64,000 nucleotides of DNA from Squalus acanthias. Its lineage: Eukaryota. Positions 26,045-38,568 of the stretch are shown piece after piece. The number at the start of each line of letters is the position of its first letter. Position 1 is the stretch's first letter. Position numbers and translations under genes: made by a program. Location of the stretch: assembly GCA_030390025.1 (NCBI GenBank), contig CM059438.1:63056001-63120000 (forward strand). The letters are read 5' to 3'. The notes beneath the pieces are model-generated. The model was given only the letters and a program-made list of their open reading frames with translations. It did no database searches and was not told where the DNA came from.

Positions 26045-26462
26045 CCTCGATTTAAAAAATCTCATCCTTGTTTCCAAATCCCTCCATGGCCTCGCCCCTC
26101 TTCATCCCTGTAACCTCCTCCCGCCCTACGACCATCCGAGATCTCTGCATTCCTCCAATTCTGGCCTCTTGCTCATCGCCGATTATAATCGCTCCACTGT
26201 TGGTGGCCGTGCCTTCAGCTGCCTGGGCCCTAAGCTCTGGAATTCCCTCCCTAAACCTCTCTGCCTCTCTCTCTCTCTCTCTCTCTCTCCTCCTTTAAGG
26301 TGCTCCTTAAAATCTACCTCTTTGACCAAGTTTTTTGGTCACCTGTCCTAGTATCTCTCTTTATGTGGTTCAATGTCAAATTTTGTCTGGTAACGCTCCT
26401 GTGAAGCGACTTGGGACATTTTACTATGTTAAAGGTGCTATATAAATGAAAGTTGTTGTTGT
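26045..26462 (+). mobile_element. L2-clade LINE 3' fragment
   Basis: LILVSKSLHGLAP...RSLHSS...GGRAFSCLGPKLWNSLP; tail aaggtgctatataaatgaaagttgttgttg. Confidence 0.85.
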
Positions 26463-27249
26463 AATACCTTCATAAATTATCTGGAGCTTGGAGTCAAAAA
26501 CAGTGGTTAAATTTGCAGATGATACAGAGCTAATGAAGGTCGTAGACTGCAAAGCTGAACCGGATAAGCTATGTTAAAGGCTCATTTTATATATATATAT
26601 ATATAAGTTGTTGTTGTGAATGCCACTGGTGCTCTGAATTAACCCCATTTATGGTGTGGGGCCAGGCTCAAGCACTGCAGGCAGCACATAGGTCTGCCTC
26701 TGGTGTCAGCTTTGCAATATAAGTACAAAATCAACAGTAATGCGGTATTTCTTAATGACTGGGTTGAATAATTCTGATGAAAAATGATTGCAGATGACTT
26801 GGAATCTTGCTGCATTGCATGTATTCCAGCTAATAAGATCTGCTCTATAAACTGGCTTGGAGGATGGAAATGAAATACTTTAAGACTATCCGAGCCCATG
26901 TCTCGAGTCCACGTCACAATTGGTATTACAAAAATCAATTGAAACCACTCTTGTATACAGAGAATCCGAAGATATAGGATACCTTCAATTCTGGCATTGT
27001 TACAGAAAATGTTTTCAGGGAAAGTGTCTTTATTCTGGACTGCTTTCCCTCAGTAATTAATTTCAACACGCACACGCACATCCACTCACTTAGACCCTCA
27101 CACCCATGGAGTTTTCATCGGTGGAGATTGTAGGCCACTCTAATGTGTAGCTATCTCTTTGAACATTGATCCCTGGACCACCTTGGTGGTGTTGGCAAAA
27201 TGCAGGAATGACCCGGTAACCCTGAATGGGACTGGAAACATTGAGCAAG

Positions 27250-27799
27250 CTGTAGACCATGGCCATGCATTGACCATTCTGCAGACCATGGCCATGCATT
27301 GACCGTTCTGTAGACCATGGCCATGCATTGACCGTTCTGTAGACCATGGCCATGCATTGACCGTTCTGTAGACCATGGCCATGCATTGACCGTTCTGTAG
27401 ACCATGGCCATGCATTGACCGTTCTGTAGACCATGGCCATGCATTGACCGTTCTGTAGACCATGGCCATGCATTGACCGTTCTGTAGACCATGGCCATGC
27501 ATTGACCGTTCTGTAGACCATGGCCATGTATTGACCGTTCTGTAGACAATGGCCATGCATTGACCGCTCTGCAGACCATGGCCATGTATTGACCGTTCTG
27601 CAGACCATGGCCATGCATTGACCGTTCTGCAGACCATGGCCATGCATTGACCGTTCTGCAGACCATGGCCATGCATTGACCGTTCTGCAGACCATGGCCA
27701 TGCATTGACCGTTCTGCAGACCATGGCCATGCATTGACCGTTCTGCAGACCATGGCCATGCATTGACCGTTCTGCAGACCATGGCCATGCATTGACCGT
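27250..27799. repeat. Minisatellite, 19 copies of 29-bp CTGYAGACCATGGCCATGCATTGACCGTT
   Basis: Head-to-tail units counted directly; no spacers. Confidence 0.97.
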
Positions 27800-28044
27800 G
27801 CCTCCTAGTTGTGAACTCAACACTGCTGTGCAACTGCAAGGCCAATCCTCATGAAAGATTAAATCACATTTTCTCATCCATCAATCAAGTTACTGTGGTT
27901 ACCATTAACATTAGCAGAAGATGCATTATTATGAATTTCCACAACTTGATAAATCAATGTATTGTGACTTGGCTTGCTCCTCATCTTGTGCATTATTTCT
28001 GTTTTTTCTCCACAACTGATGGAACTTTTTGTTCCGGTTTCTAG

Positions 28045-28263
28045 AATGTTCTGTTCATGCCCAACGTATTAGAATACCTGACCTGTAACGATGAAGAGGA
28101 CGATCTCCAGAAGATTCTAATGATCCCTGCGTCTCAGAAGATTAGGCTCAATGGTTACCGAGCAGTTGTCTGTAACACCACCACCGAAGTGCGGAAGGAG
28201 CATTTTCAGGAACTCGCCAATGAACTTAAAAGCCAAGTGGACATCCAGAAAATCGTGGACAAG
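28045..28263 (+). CDS. ABCA2: ABCA2 internal coding exon (219 bp, phase 0-0), NVLFMPNVLEYLTC...QVDIQKIVDK
   Basis: Acceptor tttctag| and donor AAG|gtgagt. The translation resembles the remembered human ABCA2 segment ELLLAPALLEQLTC...YRDAVC...ELRNQLDVAKV and continues in frame into the next exon. Confidence 0.9.
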
Positions 28264-28739
28264 GTGAGTTGCATTAAGATCTGATCTTGGGGGAAAAAAA
28301 TCAACTTTTTCTTTTTTCTTTGTAGAACCTCTCCTGCTCATTCTAATGATATCCCAGTGTGGGAGAGCTGGGCCTCTTGATACGTGCCTTTCCACCTCAT
28401 CATTCCATGTTGGTTGTTCTCATCCTTTAGATGAGTCCCTCTTTGTGCAGTGTCCCAACTAGTCAAAATTGCACAACTGGGGGAAGATGCATTTGGTTGT
28501 CCATCAAGGTGTCTGGCTCCAGCATGAGAGGTCAGAAGCTCTGATGCATTGAGATATGCTTGTATCGAATTTACTTAGCGCGATGTAGAATAACTGCAGT
28601 GTCCCCGAATCACTTGCTACATAACTGAACGAAGAATAGCACCATGGAGGGGGGGTGGGGTGATTTTCCTAGGTTGCACTGCCAGTGGGGAGACTCGTCT
28701 GCCAGCTGTGCATGTTGGGAAATACATTGTGCCATAAAT

Positions 28740-29300
28740 CACTGGTTGGGCCTCAGCTGGAGTATTCTGTCCAATTCTGGGCACCGCACTTTAGGAAGGA
28801 TGTGTCAATGCCTTGGAGAGGGTGCAGGTGAGATTTACCAGAATGGTATCAGGAGTGAGGGACTTCGGTTATGTGGAGAGACTGGAGAAGCTGGGATTGT
28901 GCTGCTTAGAGCAGAAAAGGTTAAGGGGGAATTTAATAGAGAGGTTTTAAAATGAGGGGTTTTGATAGAGTGGATGGGGAGAAACTGTTTCCATTAGCAG
29001 GAGGCTCGGTAACCAGAGGGCAGAGATTTAAGGTAATTGTCAAATGAACCAGAGGGGAGATGAGAAATTCTTTTACACAGCAAGTTGTTAAGATGTGCAT
29101 TGCATTAAGTGCAAGGGTGGTGAAAGCAGATTCAACAATAACTTTCAAAAAGTAAATCGGATAAATACTTGAAGGGGAAAAAATTGCAGGGCTATGGGGA
29201 AAAAGCTGGGGAGTGGGTCTAATTGGTCAGTTCTTTCAAAGAGCCGGCACAGACACGATGGGCCGAATGGCCGCCTCCTGTGCTGTGATATTCTATAATA
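28740..29300 (+). mobile_element. CR1 LINE 3' fragment
   Basis: cctcagctggagtattctgtccaattctggg...gggccgaatggccgcctcctgtgctgtga. Confidence 0.85.
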
Positions 29301-29748
29301 GAGAGGCCCCAGAGCCACGATTTCCCCAGACAAGGCGAGTTAAAGATGTTGCTTGAGCCCACTGTAGGACGACGCTGAACAGAGGGAAGCCTGTCCTCCG
29401 AATGACAGGAGGAAATTGGTGTGGAAAATCTCAGCAGGATGCCTTCCTCCACCTGCTGATAGCCTGCTGCCGCGGAGCACTATTGGCAGGGTTGTTAAAG
29501 TGCATCCCGCATACACTTTCATTTTTAAAAAAGCCTCCTGTTGAATTATTTAATAAAATAGCCTGAAGCTTACAGAGACAGGACATGGTTTGATGGAATA
29601 AATGGCTGTCATGGTGCCAGACAATTGAATACCATGTTGATGGGAACATTTAATTGAAGGGAACGTGGCACTGATTTGATTCCTTGTATGTTCACACAGT
29701 GGGTTTATAGGGACAATCGTTTGGCAATCAATACCACTTTTTTTATAT

Positions 29749-29780
29749 GATGCGAACCTGGTGTTGTGCGACTTCTCACT
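29749..29780. mobile_element. Miniature Penelope-like insertion (about 35 bp)
   Basis: aacctggtgttgtgcgacttctcacttt matches the right ends of the 39581 and 58844 elements; flanked by duplicated (cac)ttttttatat. Confidence 0.7.
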
Positions 29781-30874
29781 TTTTTATATAACAGTAACAG
29801 ATAATCGAGTGCCTAAAACAGATTAAATATTTGATTGACCAGTTCCAAGGAGCTCAATGGGGCAATAGGAAGAGGACTTCAGTTTTTGGGCTTTAACGGG
29901 TCACATTGGGTCCATCGCATTAACATCTCAAGTGGTTCCCTTAAAGAACTGATGCTTTTCATTTTATTTTTCTCTCCCGTTCCCTTGCCTCTCCTGGGCT
30001 GATTAGTGCTGGGTTGTACGCCGATGGATGCTGGTTCACAGGTCAACCTTGACATTGGGCCAAATCTTGGCTGGAGCCGGGCATCTCACGGCATGCGCCA
30101 TTAGTTAGACTTTTTCTTGCACCCTTCAGCTCAAATTTTTTTCCACCATAACTTGAGGGAAGTGCGAGCTGCTAACGGCCCAGCGAGGACAACGGGGAAT
30201 CTGGAACCTTAGTGAACGGCGGGAGCAAGCAATGAAATGTAAGGATTGAGAAAGAAACAGGGGAACGATGGAGAAGGAGGGGGAATTACAGTCAAATCAG
30301 GTACAGAAAGAGAAATAAAGAGGGGAAAGAAAGATTGGATTAAGAGGGAGAGAAAAAAGAAACAAAGGAATAGTAAGAACAAAATGGCTGGATTGAATAG
30401 TGGATTAGACACTAAATTAGATGTTTATTGTGCTTATATTGACTTTAATTTTAAATGCAAACATAGGATTAAAATGCACACATACTTATCCTGTTGAAGG
30501 ACACAAGTTGGAGAGATGTGGATGTAAGGTAATTCTATAAGCTGGCGTGGATATTTTTCATATGATTAGGCATTGAAAAGTCGTTTGACAAAAAGGAAAT
30601 ATTGATTGGTTCACAAGATTTTGATTTCTGTTAGTGTACCCTGCCCGTGCTCACGGTCAACGGTAGATTGCTCATAATTCAACCAAGTCCAAATGGTGAC
30701 CAATCTTGTGGCATTTTAGTCAGCACCTGCCATTGGGGAGTTTGAAAAAAGCCAATACATTTCAATATACAGAAATGGAAGAGCATTGGCCAACCAACCT
30801 GAAACATCAAATGAGATTCCCATTGACTCTTCGCATCACCTTGTGGCTGATCCTTGTGTTATTTTAGTGCATTA

Positions 30875-31165
30875 TCTCAGGATACGGGGTAGGACATTTA
30901 GGACTGAGATGAGGAGAAATTTCTTCACTCAGAGAGTGGTGAACCTGTGGAATTCTCTACCACAGAAGGCTGTGGAGGCCAAGTCACTGAATATATTTAA
31001 GAAGGAGGTAGATAGATTTCTAGACAGAAAAGGCATCAAGGGGTATGGAGAGAGAGCGGGAATATGGTATTGAGATAGAGGATCAGCCATGATCATATTG
31101 AATGGCGGAGCAGGCTCGAAGGGCCGAATGGCCTACTCCTGCTCCTATTTTTCTATGTTTCTATT
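30875..31165 (+). mobile_element. CR1 LINE 3' end, about 95 bp upstream of an ABCA2 acceptor
   Basis: FRTEMRRNFFTQRVVNLWNSLP...GIKGYG plus UTR and ttctatgtttctat tail. Confidence 0.9.
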
Positions 31166-31260
31166 ATGAATAACTGTACCGACAACAGCTTGTATTTATA
31201 TACCGCGCAGATTATAACCTACTGGTACCGCTGTCTAACTCTTTCCTTTCCCCTGTGCAG

Positions 31261-31577
31261 CTCAAGTTGAATGAGGTGAACAGCACAGCCGTTCAGCATC
31301 ACCTTCAGGCCTTGCTGGAAGACCTCATTGAGGTGGAAAAGATTCTGAAAGATGTGGATGCCTTATCAGGACTTGCCCGACTGCTCCCCAAGGGGGCCTG
31401 TGCGGGCAAAGGCCCACCCGCCGCTGCCAATAGTACCAGCTGGAGCGGCAACTTCACCGCCGCCAATGCCACCTCGGAGGAGGAAGAGGAGCCCGAGAAG
31501 GAGAATCCTCACACCCAGTTTTCAGCCTTTGTCCAGCTCTGGGCTGGCCTCCAGCCAATCCTCTGTGGGAATAACAG
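31261..31577 (+). CDS. ABCA2: ABCA2 internal coding exon (317 bp, phase 0-2), LKLNEVNST...SAFVQLWAGLQPILCGNN(R)
   Basis: Polypyrimidine tract with gtgcag| acceptor, AG|gtaaaa donor. Contains ABCA2-type LQALLEDL...LLPKGAC and SAFVQLWAGLQPILCGNNR. Confidence 0.96.
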
Positions 31578-32414
31578 GTAAAACTTCAAGCCGACGTGAT
31601 CCTGGTATTGTGGTGAGAAATTGATACAAGACCGACCTTCAGAACCAATTTTTGACTCTATCGCTCACTAGTTCATTCATGGGCTAAATTGCGTATCCCG
31701 TTGTCCCTCGCTCAGCATGCATCTCTTCAGCGTTGGCTTTCAATTCATCTTATCGCAGAGACACAGTTGATTAATTTGCAGGTCAGCACTGGCCTTAAGC
31801 ACCATCTCCTCCCATTTCCCTTTGTACACTCTGTACTACTGACACTTTCAGTCCTGTGTTCTGACATGAGATAAAATCCGTTATTTCCATTATTGTATTT
31901 TGTAAAGCAACTGTTTTTCTAAGAAAATATCCACCCATAATATAGAAAAAGCATGTTTTTTTTTTAAGCTTTCAGTCAGGGGAGGACAGGAGTTCAAGTT
32001 ACTGTTTCTTTATTTCCCTCCCAACTCCTTTGGATTCTTGTGGCATGAGCCTTCATTGGTGAGAGGGCAGACTGGAGACCTCCTCGCTGGCAGTGGCACT
32101 CTAGAATAGACTGCTAGGCGGTACATGAAATCAGTTTGTGATGACCCCCTCCCTCCGTGCAGAAATACATGGCCTCTGCTTGCCGCCTCCCCACTGCAGT
32201 TTTAGTTAGATCAGCAAACTCATCGCATGGAAAGATAGTGAAGTAAACCCACTCCCCTCCCACTTGTTGCAGAGTCTGTTGGGGTTCTAGCTCGCTGTGC
32301 CACACCTATATTCTTCACCTTTGGGGGGGGGGAAAAATGTCAGGAAAGCATGGCCCCTTCTTCCCCCTCCACCCCTTCCCAGGTAGGGTGCTTTTTTAAA
32401 TTTTTACAGAGCAC

Positions 32415-35400
32415 GGGGGCGATTTTCACCGGATACTTTGGGCGCTAATGAGCCCCTGAGGTGGCCAAGATGGGGGTCTCAAGTAGCAACGCCGGTTTAG
32501 CCAGCGTTTAGCGCAAGACGCCATCTTGGTAAAGGAGTTGAAGCACGCACTGGGAACAGCCACCCAGAGGATCATTAAGGGGCCAGTTGACAATTAAAGA
32601 GGCTGCATGCCATTTCGGTGAGTAGCGCTTCAGTTAACGACCTCTCCTAGCAGCGACCAGCTGAACAGGAGTAAACCAGTCGAGCGCTACTTAAAGCCAT
32701 GCTCAGCTTTCACTGTTCACTTGCTGCTGGAGATCGACTGACCACACTGCGTTTGAAGAGGACTTTGGAGACTCATCGGGAGACTTTCTGGGACATTTTG
32801 TCAAGACTTCACCAACAATCTATCAACACTTTTCCTGGAAATTCTCTCAGGACTTCACTTAAAAAGTGTGAGTGCTGTGCTACTTTACCTTATTGGACTC
32901 CTTATAGGAGTCACCAGGAGAAAGGGAGTGTTTGGTCATGGGCATCTTGCTGGGGTCCCCCTTGGTCTGCAGGAGGAATTGGTGGAGGAGATTGAGGCCA
33001 AGCAGAGCAGCACCAGCTGCTGTAGGAGAGAGGGACAGGAGGGACATGAGGGAAGGAAGGCTCTCAGCAGGAGGTCCTATCCACCCAGGGTATTCAGAGA
33101 GCACTACTCCTACATTCACATGACCCAAGACCAGTGCATGAGGAGGCAGCACTTTACCAAGGAGGTCGTCGCAGAGATCCGTGGCCTCGTGGAATGAAGA
33201 CTCAGACCGCCCAGCACAGGCAGGACTACATTTTCTGTGGCAGTCAAGGTCACAGTAGCACTTCATTTTTATGCTACTGGAACCTTCTAACTTGCTGCCA
33301 CAGGTGATATCACAATCCTCTGAGCACTTCTGGATAAGAGAGGTCTCTGAGGCTCTTTACACTCTGAGCAATGACTATACATTCCCTATTGCCAAAGAAG
33401 ACAGAGAGCTCCAGGATTTGACGGGATTGCGGGATTCCCCATGGTCCAGGGAGCCATTCACTGCACACATGCGCCATGTGAGCCCCTCATTTAAACTCGG
33501 AGGTGTTCAGGTACAGGAAGGGATTCCATTCCCTCAATGTGCAGCTTGTCTGCGACCACCTGCAGCGCATCATGCAGGAGAATGCCTGCTATCCAGGGAG
33601 CTGCCACGATGCGTTTATAATGAGACAGTCTTCTGTCCCAGAGATCTTTGAGCCCCAACGCAATGTGCATGGCTGGCTACTAGGTGACGAGGGATACCCT
33701 CTGATGCCATGGCTCATCACTCCCTTGAGAAACCTCCAGACACCAGCTGAGCAGTCATCCAATGAGAGCCACTCAGTCACCAGGAATATCATTGAGCCAG
33801 ACCATTAGGGTCCTCGAGTAGAGGTTTAGATGTCAGGAGGTGCCCTGTAGTACTCTGCCGAGAAGGTGTCAATCCATGCAAGCTGTAATGACTGCAGTGG
33901 AAGCTGCGACCTCAGTCATCAGACGCTGCAAGATGTCTGGCTCCGCAGTTCACTGGCTGGCATTGACTAGCCTCTCCACGCTGGAGAGGATGGGTTCCAG
34001 ACTCTGCGTCCATGCCACAAGCCAAGATGGAGAAGGACTCCTCCATCCCCCTCGACACTATCCAAAGGCTTTCAGGCAGGCTCTCCATTGCACCAAGCAT
34101 TTGGAGTGTCGCACCCATCAGACTTCTTCTGAGGCTGGTTCCTGCGAGATCCTCATTGACTCCTCTGCAGCAGAACTAGTATGCGACCTTGCCCCCGGAA
34201 AGGTGGCACCTGTGGTGTCCCTTCCACCCGGGGTGGCTGCTGCCCACTAGTGCCCGGTGCGTTCCACTGTGAGAATCACTTTTCTAAGCTAGCCTCTAAG
34301 TTACGTGTGATGCCAGTCTCTGAGCCGGTGCCTGCGACAGTGGTAGCCATTGACACAGTGCATTCTTCCTCGCTCTCCTCCACCTCCTCCTCTCCCTCCA
34401 GGGGCACGATGTAGCTGTTGCTCAACTTGCATTTGCTCCAGCGGGGGGGGGGGGCGAGGTGGATCTTGCTCCTGGGAGCCTGCAGCGATGATGCTGGAAG
34501 GGTTAGTGTGCAGTGCGTGTGGCCACTATAGGAAGATGTGTGTGATGAGACCATATGGAGCTTGGGAGTGAGGATAGCTTTGGGGGAAATTAAGGATCAG
34601 GAATAGTTGTGCATCTGTAAGGAAGCTGGAGTGGCCACATACCTCCAGGTGATATACCCCTTGCTCTGCCTCTGACCACGGCATCTCCCACTCTCCTCCC
34701 GATCACGACCAGCAACGCCTGCCCAAGGGGAGTGATGTCATGCAGATGTGGTTGTCCTCCCTGGGTCAGGTCCTGCTGCCACCTGTTATGTGCTAATTTT
34801 TCCTGGGAGAGAAAGTTGGGTGATTGTGAATGAGTGTAGCGACAGGTGTGTTTGTGATGCCTCACATGATTGAAGAGCTGCGAGATGTGCCTGAGGTGTG
34901 AGTAGTGCCTGTGAAGGATGCGATAGTGTGGGGTGTGTGTGTGAATGTCAGTGTATAGTTAGATGGTGGATGAAGTGTGTTGAGGTTGTGATGCTGCTGG
35001 TGGTGGTGCAGTTATTGAGAAGTGTGCTTGTGAGACGGGATCTTACTTTGACTATTCGTGTCAAATCATTAAATTTCTTGCGGCACTGACACCATGTCCT
35101 GGGGCCAGGGCTCTTGGCTGTAACCTCCTTGGCGATTTCGCGCCACATTAGCGGCCTCTGTGGCCTCCTCCCTTCTTGCGGGTAGAGGACATCGTTCCTC
35201 CCCTCTACCTCCCCTACTAGGACCTTCAGTGCCACATCGGAGAGCCTGTGCGCCCCCCTCTCTTGCTCCTTGTGACTTCCAGCCATCGCACTCCACACCT
35301 TCAGTGGAAGTGGGTGAGAGCAGGCTACATATACAGCTCCAGGAAAATTGCATCTAATCAGCACTTGAGTGCTAAAAATGCAGTTGTTGGTTTTAGCGCC

Positions 35401-35520
35401 TGCAGGCATACTTAAATCATGATAATCATCAATTAGCCTGTAAATTGAGTGCTAAATCCAGACTTTCAAACAGGCATTTCATATTAGCACAGCGCCCATT
35501 TAGTGCCTGTTTTCACCCCC
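32415..35520. mobile_element. PIF/Harbinger transposon, degenerate: transposase on + (~32930-33860), spliced Myb-like gene on - (35286 to ~33900)
   Basis: RKGFHSLNVQLVCD, YPGSCHDA and WLLGDEGYPL on +; Myb/SANT-like WREIAKEV...RTWCQCRKKFNDL on -. Ends ggggg(c/t)ga..tgggcgct on both strands, with flanks CAC/CAT. Confidence 0.85.
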
Positions 35521-35858
35521 CATATGTTCTCAAATATGCTGCAATGTACTATAGTTGCCTTCTAGGCCCTTTCAGTCACCAGGCCTTCATGTGGCACTGC
35601 TTGCCATTCAATCTCATCGTCATGCCAACCTAAAACAAGAAACTTGTGAATGTAAGTTTTCTTGTTCCTCGAACAGAGAGACTAGGGTATTTTTCTCTGT
35701 GATCTTTGCTAATGTTTTCTGTGCCCCATTTAATGTTTCTGATGCTTTTTACTTGCATGCAATTTATCGTATAATTCTACACCCTGTCACAAATTTGGGT
35801 CTGCTGTAGATATCTCCTCAGCGGGTACGGGGGGTGTCAGTTGCTCCCATAAACGGTC

Positions 35859-36546
35859 TTTTTTTTAAATTCACTTATGGGATGTGGGCGTCGCTGACAA
35901 GGTCAGCATTTATTGCCCATCCCTAATTGCCCTCGAGAAGGTGGTGGTGAGCTTCTTGAACCGCTGCAGTCCGTGTGGTGAAGGTACTCCCACAGTGCTG
36001 TTAGGTAGGGAGTTCCAGGATTTTGACCCAGCGACGATGAAGGATCAGCGATATACTTCTAAGTCAGGATGGTGTGTGACTTGGAGGGGAACTTGGAGGT
36101 GGTGGTGTTCCCATGCGCCTGCTGCCCTTGTCCTTCTAGGTGGTAGAGGTCGCGGGTTTGGGAGGTGCTGCCGAAGAAACCGTGGCGAGTTGCTGCAGTG
36201 CATCTTGTAGATGGTACACACTGCAGCCACGGTGTGCCGGGGGTGGAGGGAGTGAATGTTTAAGGTGGTGGACGGGCTGCTTTGTCCTGGATGGTGTTGA
36301 GCTTCTTGAGTGTTGTTGGAGCTACGCTCATCCAGGCAAGTGGAGAGTATTCCATCACACTCCTTACTTGTGCCTTGTAGATGGTGGAAAGGCTTTGGGG
36401 AGTCAGGAGGTGAGACACTCGCCGCAAAAAACCCAGCCTCTGACCTGCTCTTGTTGCCACAGTATTTATGTGGCTGGTCCAGTTAAGTTTCTGGTCAATG
36501 GTGACCCCCAGGATGTTGATGGTGGGGGATTCGGCGATGGTAATGC
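35859..36546 (-). mobile_element. 3' fragment of LINE family A
   Basis: Reverse complement of ~170-870 and ~20925-21629. Confidence 0.9.
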
Positions 36547-37634
36547 TTACCTTTCATGGGGGTTGACCCCCACTGCCCTATATCTATACTTGTGCGGTAT
36601 CGGGATCCAGGAGCGTAACAATGTCTCCATGTCTTACACACACCTCCTGCTTCAATCTCTCCCAGGGCTGACTTGGTCAACACAAGGGGAGGCAAAGTTT
36701 GGTTCGAATTGTAGACTACAATAGGTAAAGCATAACCACACAAAGAGTTTGATGAGAGTTGCTTAACAAGCGATACAAAAAATAAAGAACACGCAAGCCC
36801 TTAGCCCACTTCAGTAGATTGACTTGCTCAGCTTATGAGGCCAATCTCTCTGCGCCCTGTCCTACTGCCTTGGATAGATGTGCTGTCTGCTGCTTCCTGA
36901 TTGACATTTTTGGTGTCGGTGTTCTCATTGTTAAAAGCCTTTCTCACAGATCAATAGAAATCTTTCTGAATTATCAAATGTGTCTAATGAATTGATTGGT
37001 CTTGAAGTGAAACAACTTTCCAGCTTACATATTACATATAATTTGTCTGCCGATGGATTCACAACCATTGTGGGGCTGACTTGAGAATTTAACCCCTTTT
37101 AGGTAAGTTTTTGCTCGAAACATTTTGACGTAGCTCATATCCAAGTCCTTCCTATGGAAAAAATTGCCAAAGAATCCCAAACTCTGACACCATTTGCTGT
37201 ATCTTCTCATCATTAGAACAAGATTACACTTGTAATTAGGGAAAATGTACTTGGAATAAAATTCTGATAAAATATGTTGTCACCTCTTTTATCTAGTTTG
37301 AGTCTGTGGAGTTTGGCCAGCAACAGATATAATCTATGGAACTTACTCATTCTAGGGTCCGACTGCATATCCATTTGTTCTCTATTTGGACACCTGTTGT
37401 CCTGAAGTTGTTTGCGATGCTCAGAGATCGCCCTTGGCTATAAACTAAAACATTCTGTTTTAACTGGTGGCTTTAAAACAAATCTGAATTTTGTCAGAAT
37501 TTTTCCCAGAACTCATTTACTGAAATAAGTACTCCAGAAATAATTTTTATTATGATTATTAATTATGTGTTGCTCCTTTCCTCCTGATGGCAGTTGCCCA
37601 TCATCTCACTTATTTTTCTCTCTCTTTTCTCCAG

Positions 37635-37794
37635 AACGATAGAACCTGAGGCACTGAAGCAGGGAAACATGAGCTCGCTGGGCTTCACCAGCAAGGAGCA
37701 ACGCAACCTAGGACTACTGGTGCACCTCATGACCACAAATCCCAAAATCCTTTATTCGCCAGTCGGCACAGAGGTGGACAAAGTCATAGAAAAG
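37635..37794 (+). CDS. ABCA2: ABCA2 internal coding exon (160 bp, phase 2-0), (R)[53 protein letters not shown]
   Basis: ttttctccag| acceptor, AAG|gtgaga donor. The split codon AG+A (Arg) fits the previous exon. Near-identical to the remembered vertebrate ABCA2 sequence. Confidence 0.97.
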
Positions 37795-37969
37795 GTGAGA
37801 GCCCAGCGAAGCTACCAGCTACAGCTTCATGAAACCAAACCCCCATGTCTTGCATCTATTCTAAGTTCACTCAGTTGACAGAAAGAATGGTTCAGACTGT
37901 GTATTTGGCCATAACTGGTGCACTGTGCTGCAGGAGTGCCAATCATAAATACTTATATATTGAAACACC

Positions 37970-38402
37970 GTATCATAGAATCTGACAGCGCAGAAGGAGG
38001 CCATTCGGCCCATTGTGCCTGTGCTGGCTCTTTGAAAGAGCGATCCAATTAGTCCCATTCCCTGCTCTTTCCCCATAGTCTGCAAATGTTTCCTTTTCAA
38101 GTATTTATCCAATTCCCTTTTGAAAATTGCTATTGAATCAGCTTCCTCCACCCTTTCAGGCAGTGCATTCCAGATCACAACAACTCGCTACGTATTTCTC
38201 CTCATCTCCCCTCTGATTCTTTTGCCAATTATCTTAAACCTGGTTCCTCTGGTTACTGACCCTTCTGCCAGTGAAAACAGTTTCTCCATATTTATTCTAT
38301 CAAAACCCCATATAATTTAAAAACACCACTATTAAATCTCCCCTTAACCTTCTCTGCTCTAAGGAGAACAATCCCAGCTTCTCTAGTCTCCTCCACATAA
38401 CT
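37970..38402 (-). mobile_element. CR1 LINE 3' fragment
   Basis: IWNALPERVEEADSIAIFKRELDKYL plus CR1 UTR. Confidence 0.85.
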
Positions 38403-38568
38403 GTTTGGGTGGGAGTGCTTGGGGCTGAGCGATTGATGTGAGCTGTGGAAGTTCTAATAAACTAGACGGGGAGTGGCATGTTTAACATGTAGCACATTTA
38501 TAATGAAAATTATATTTTAAATTTGCCCCGCAATTATTCAAAAATCCAGTACAACTGCAGCATTTTGA

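Noticed and set aside
27250..27799. CRISPR array (29-bp partly palindromic repeats)
   Set aside because: Units are directly adjacent with no unique spacers, there are no cas genes, and the context is a vertebrate intron.
27090..27877. Three long minus-strand ORFs (213-251 aa)
   Set aside because: They arise because the 29-bp unit has no stop codon on that strand; there is no independent coding evidence.
1..28044. Upstream ABCA2 exons
   Set aside because: Candidate acceptors (for example near 12385, 14944, 23555, 24155, 25420) gave no ABCA2-like peptide with a matching donor by eye. A diverged exon could have been missed; spliced alignment is needed.
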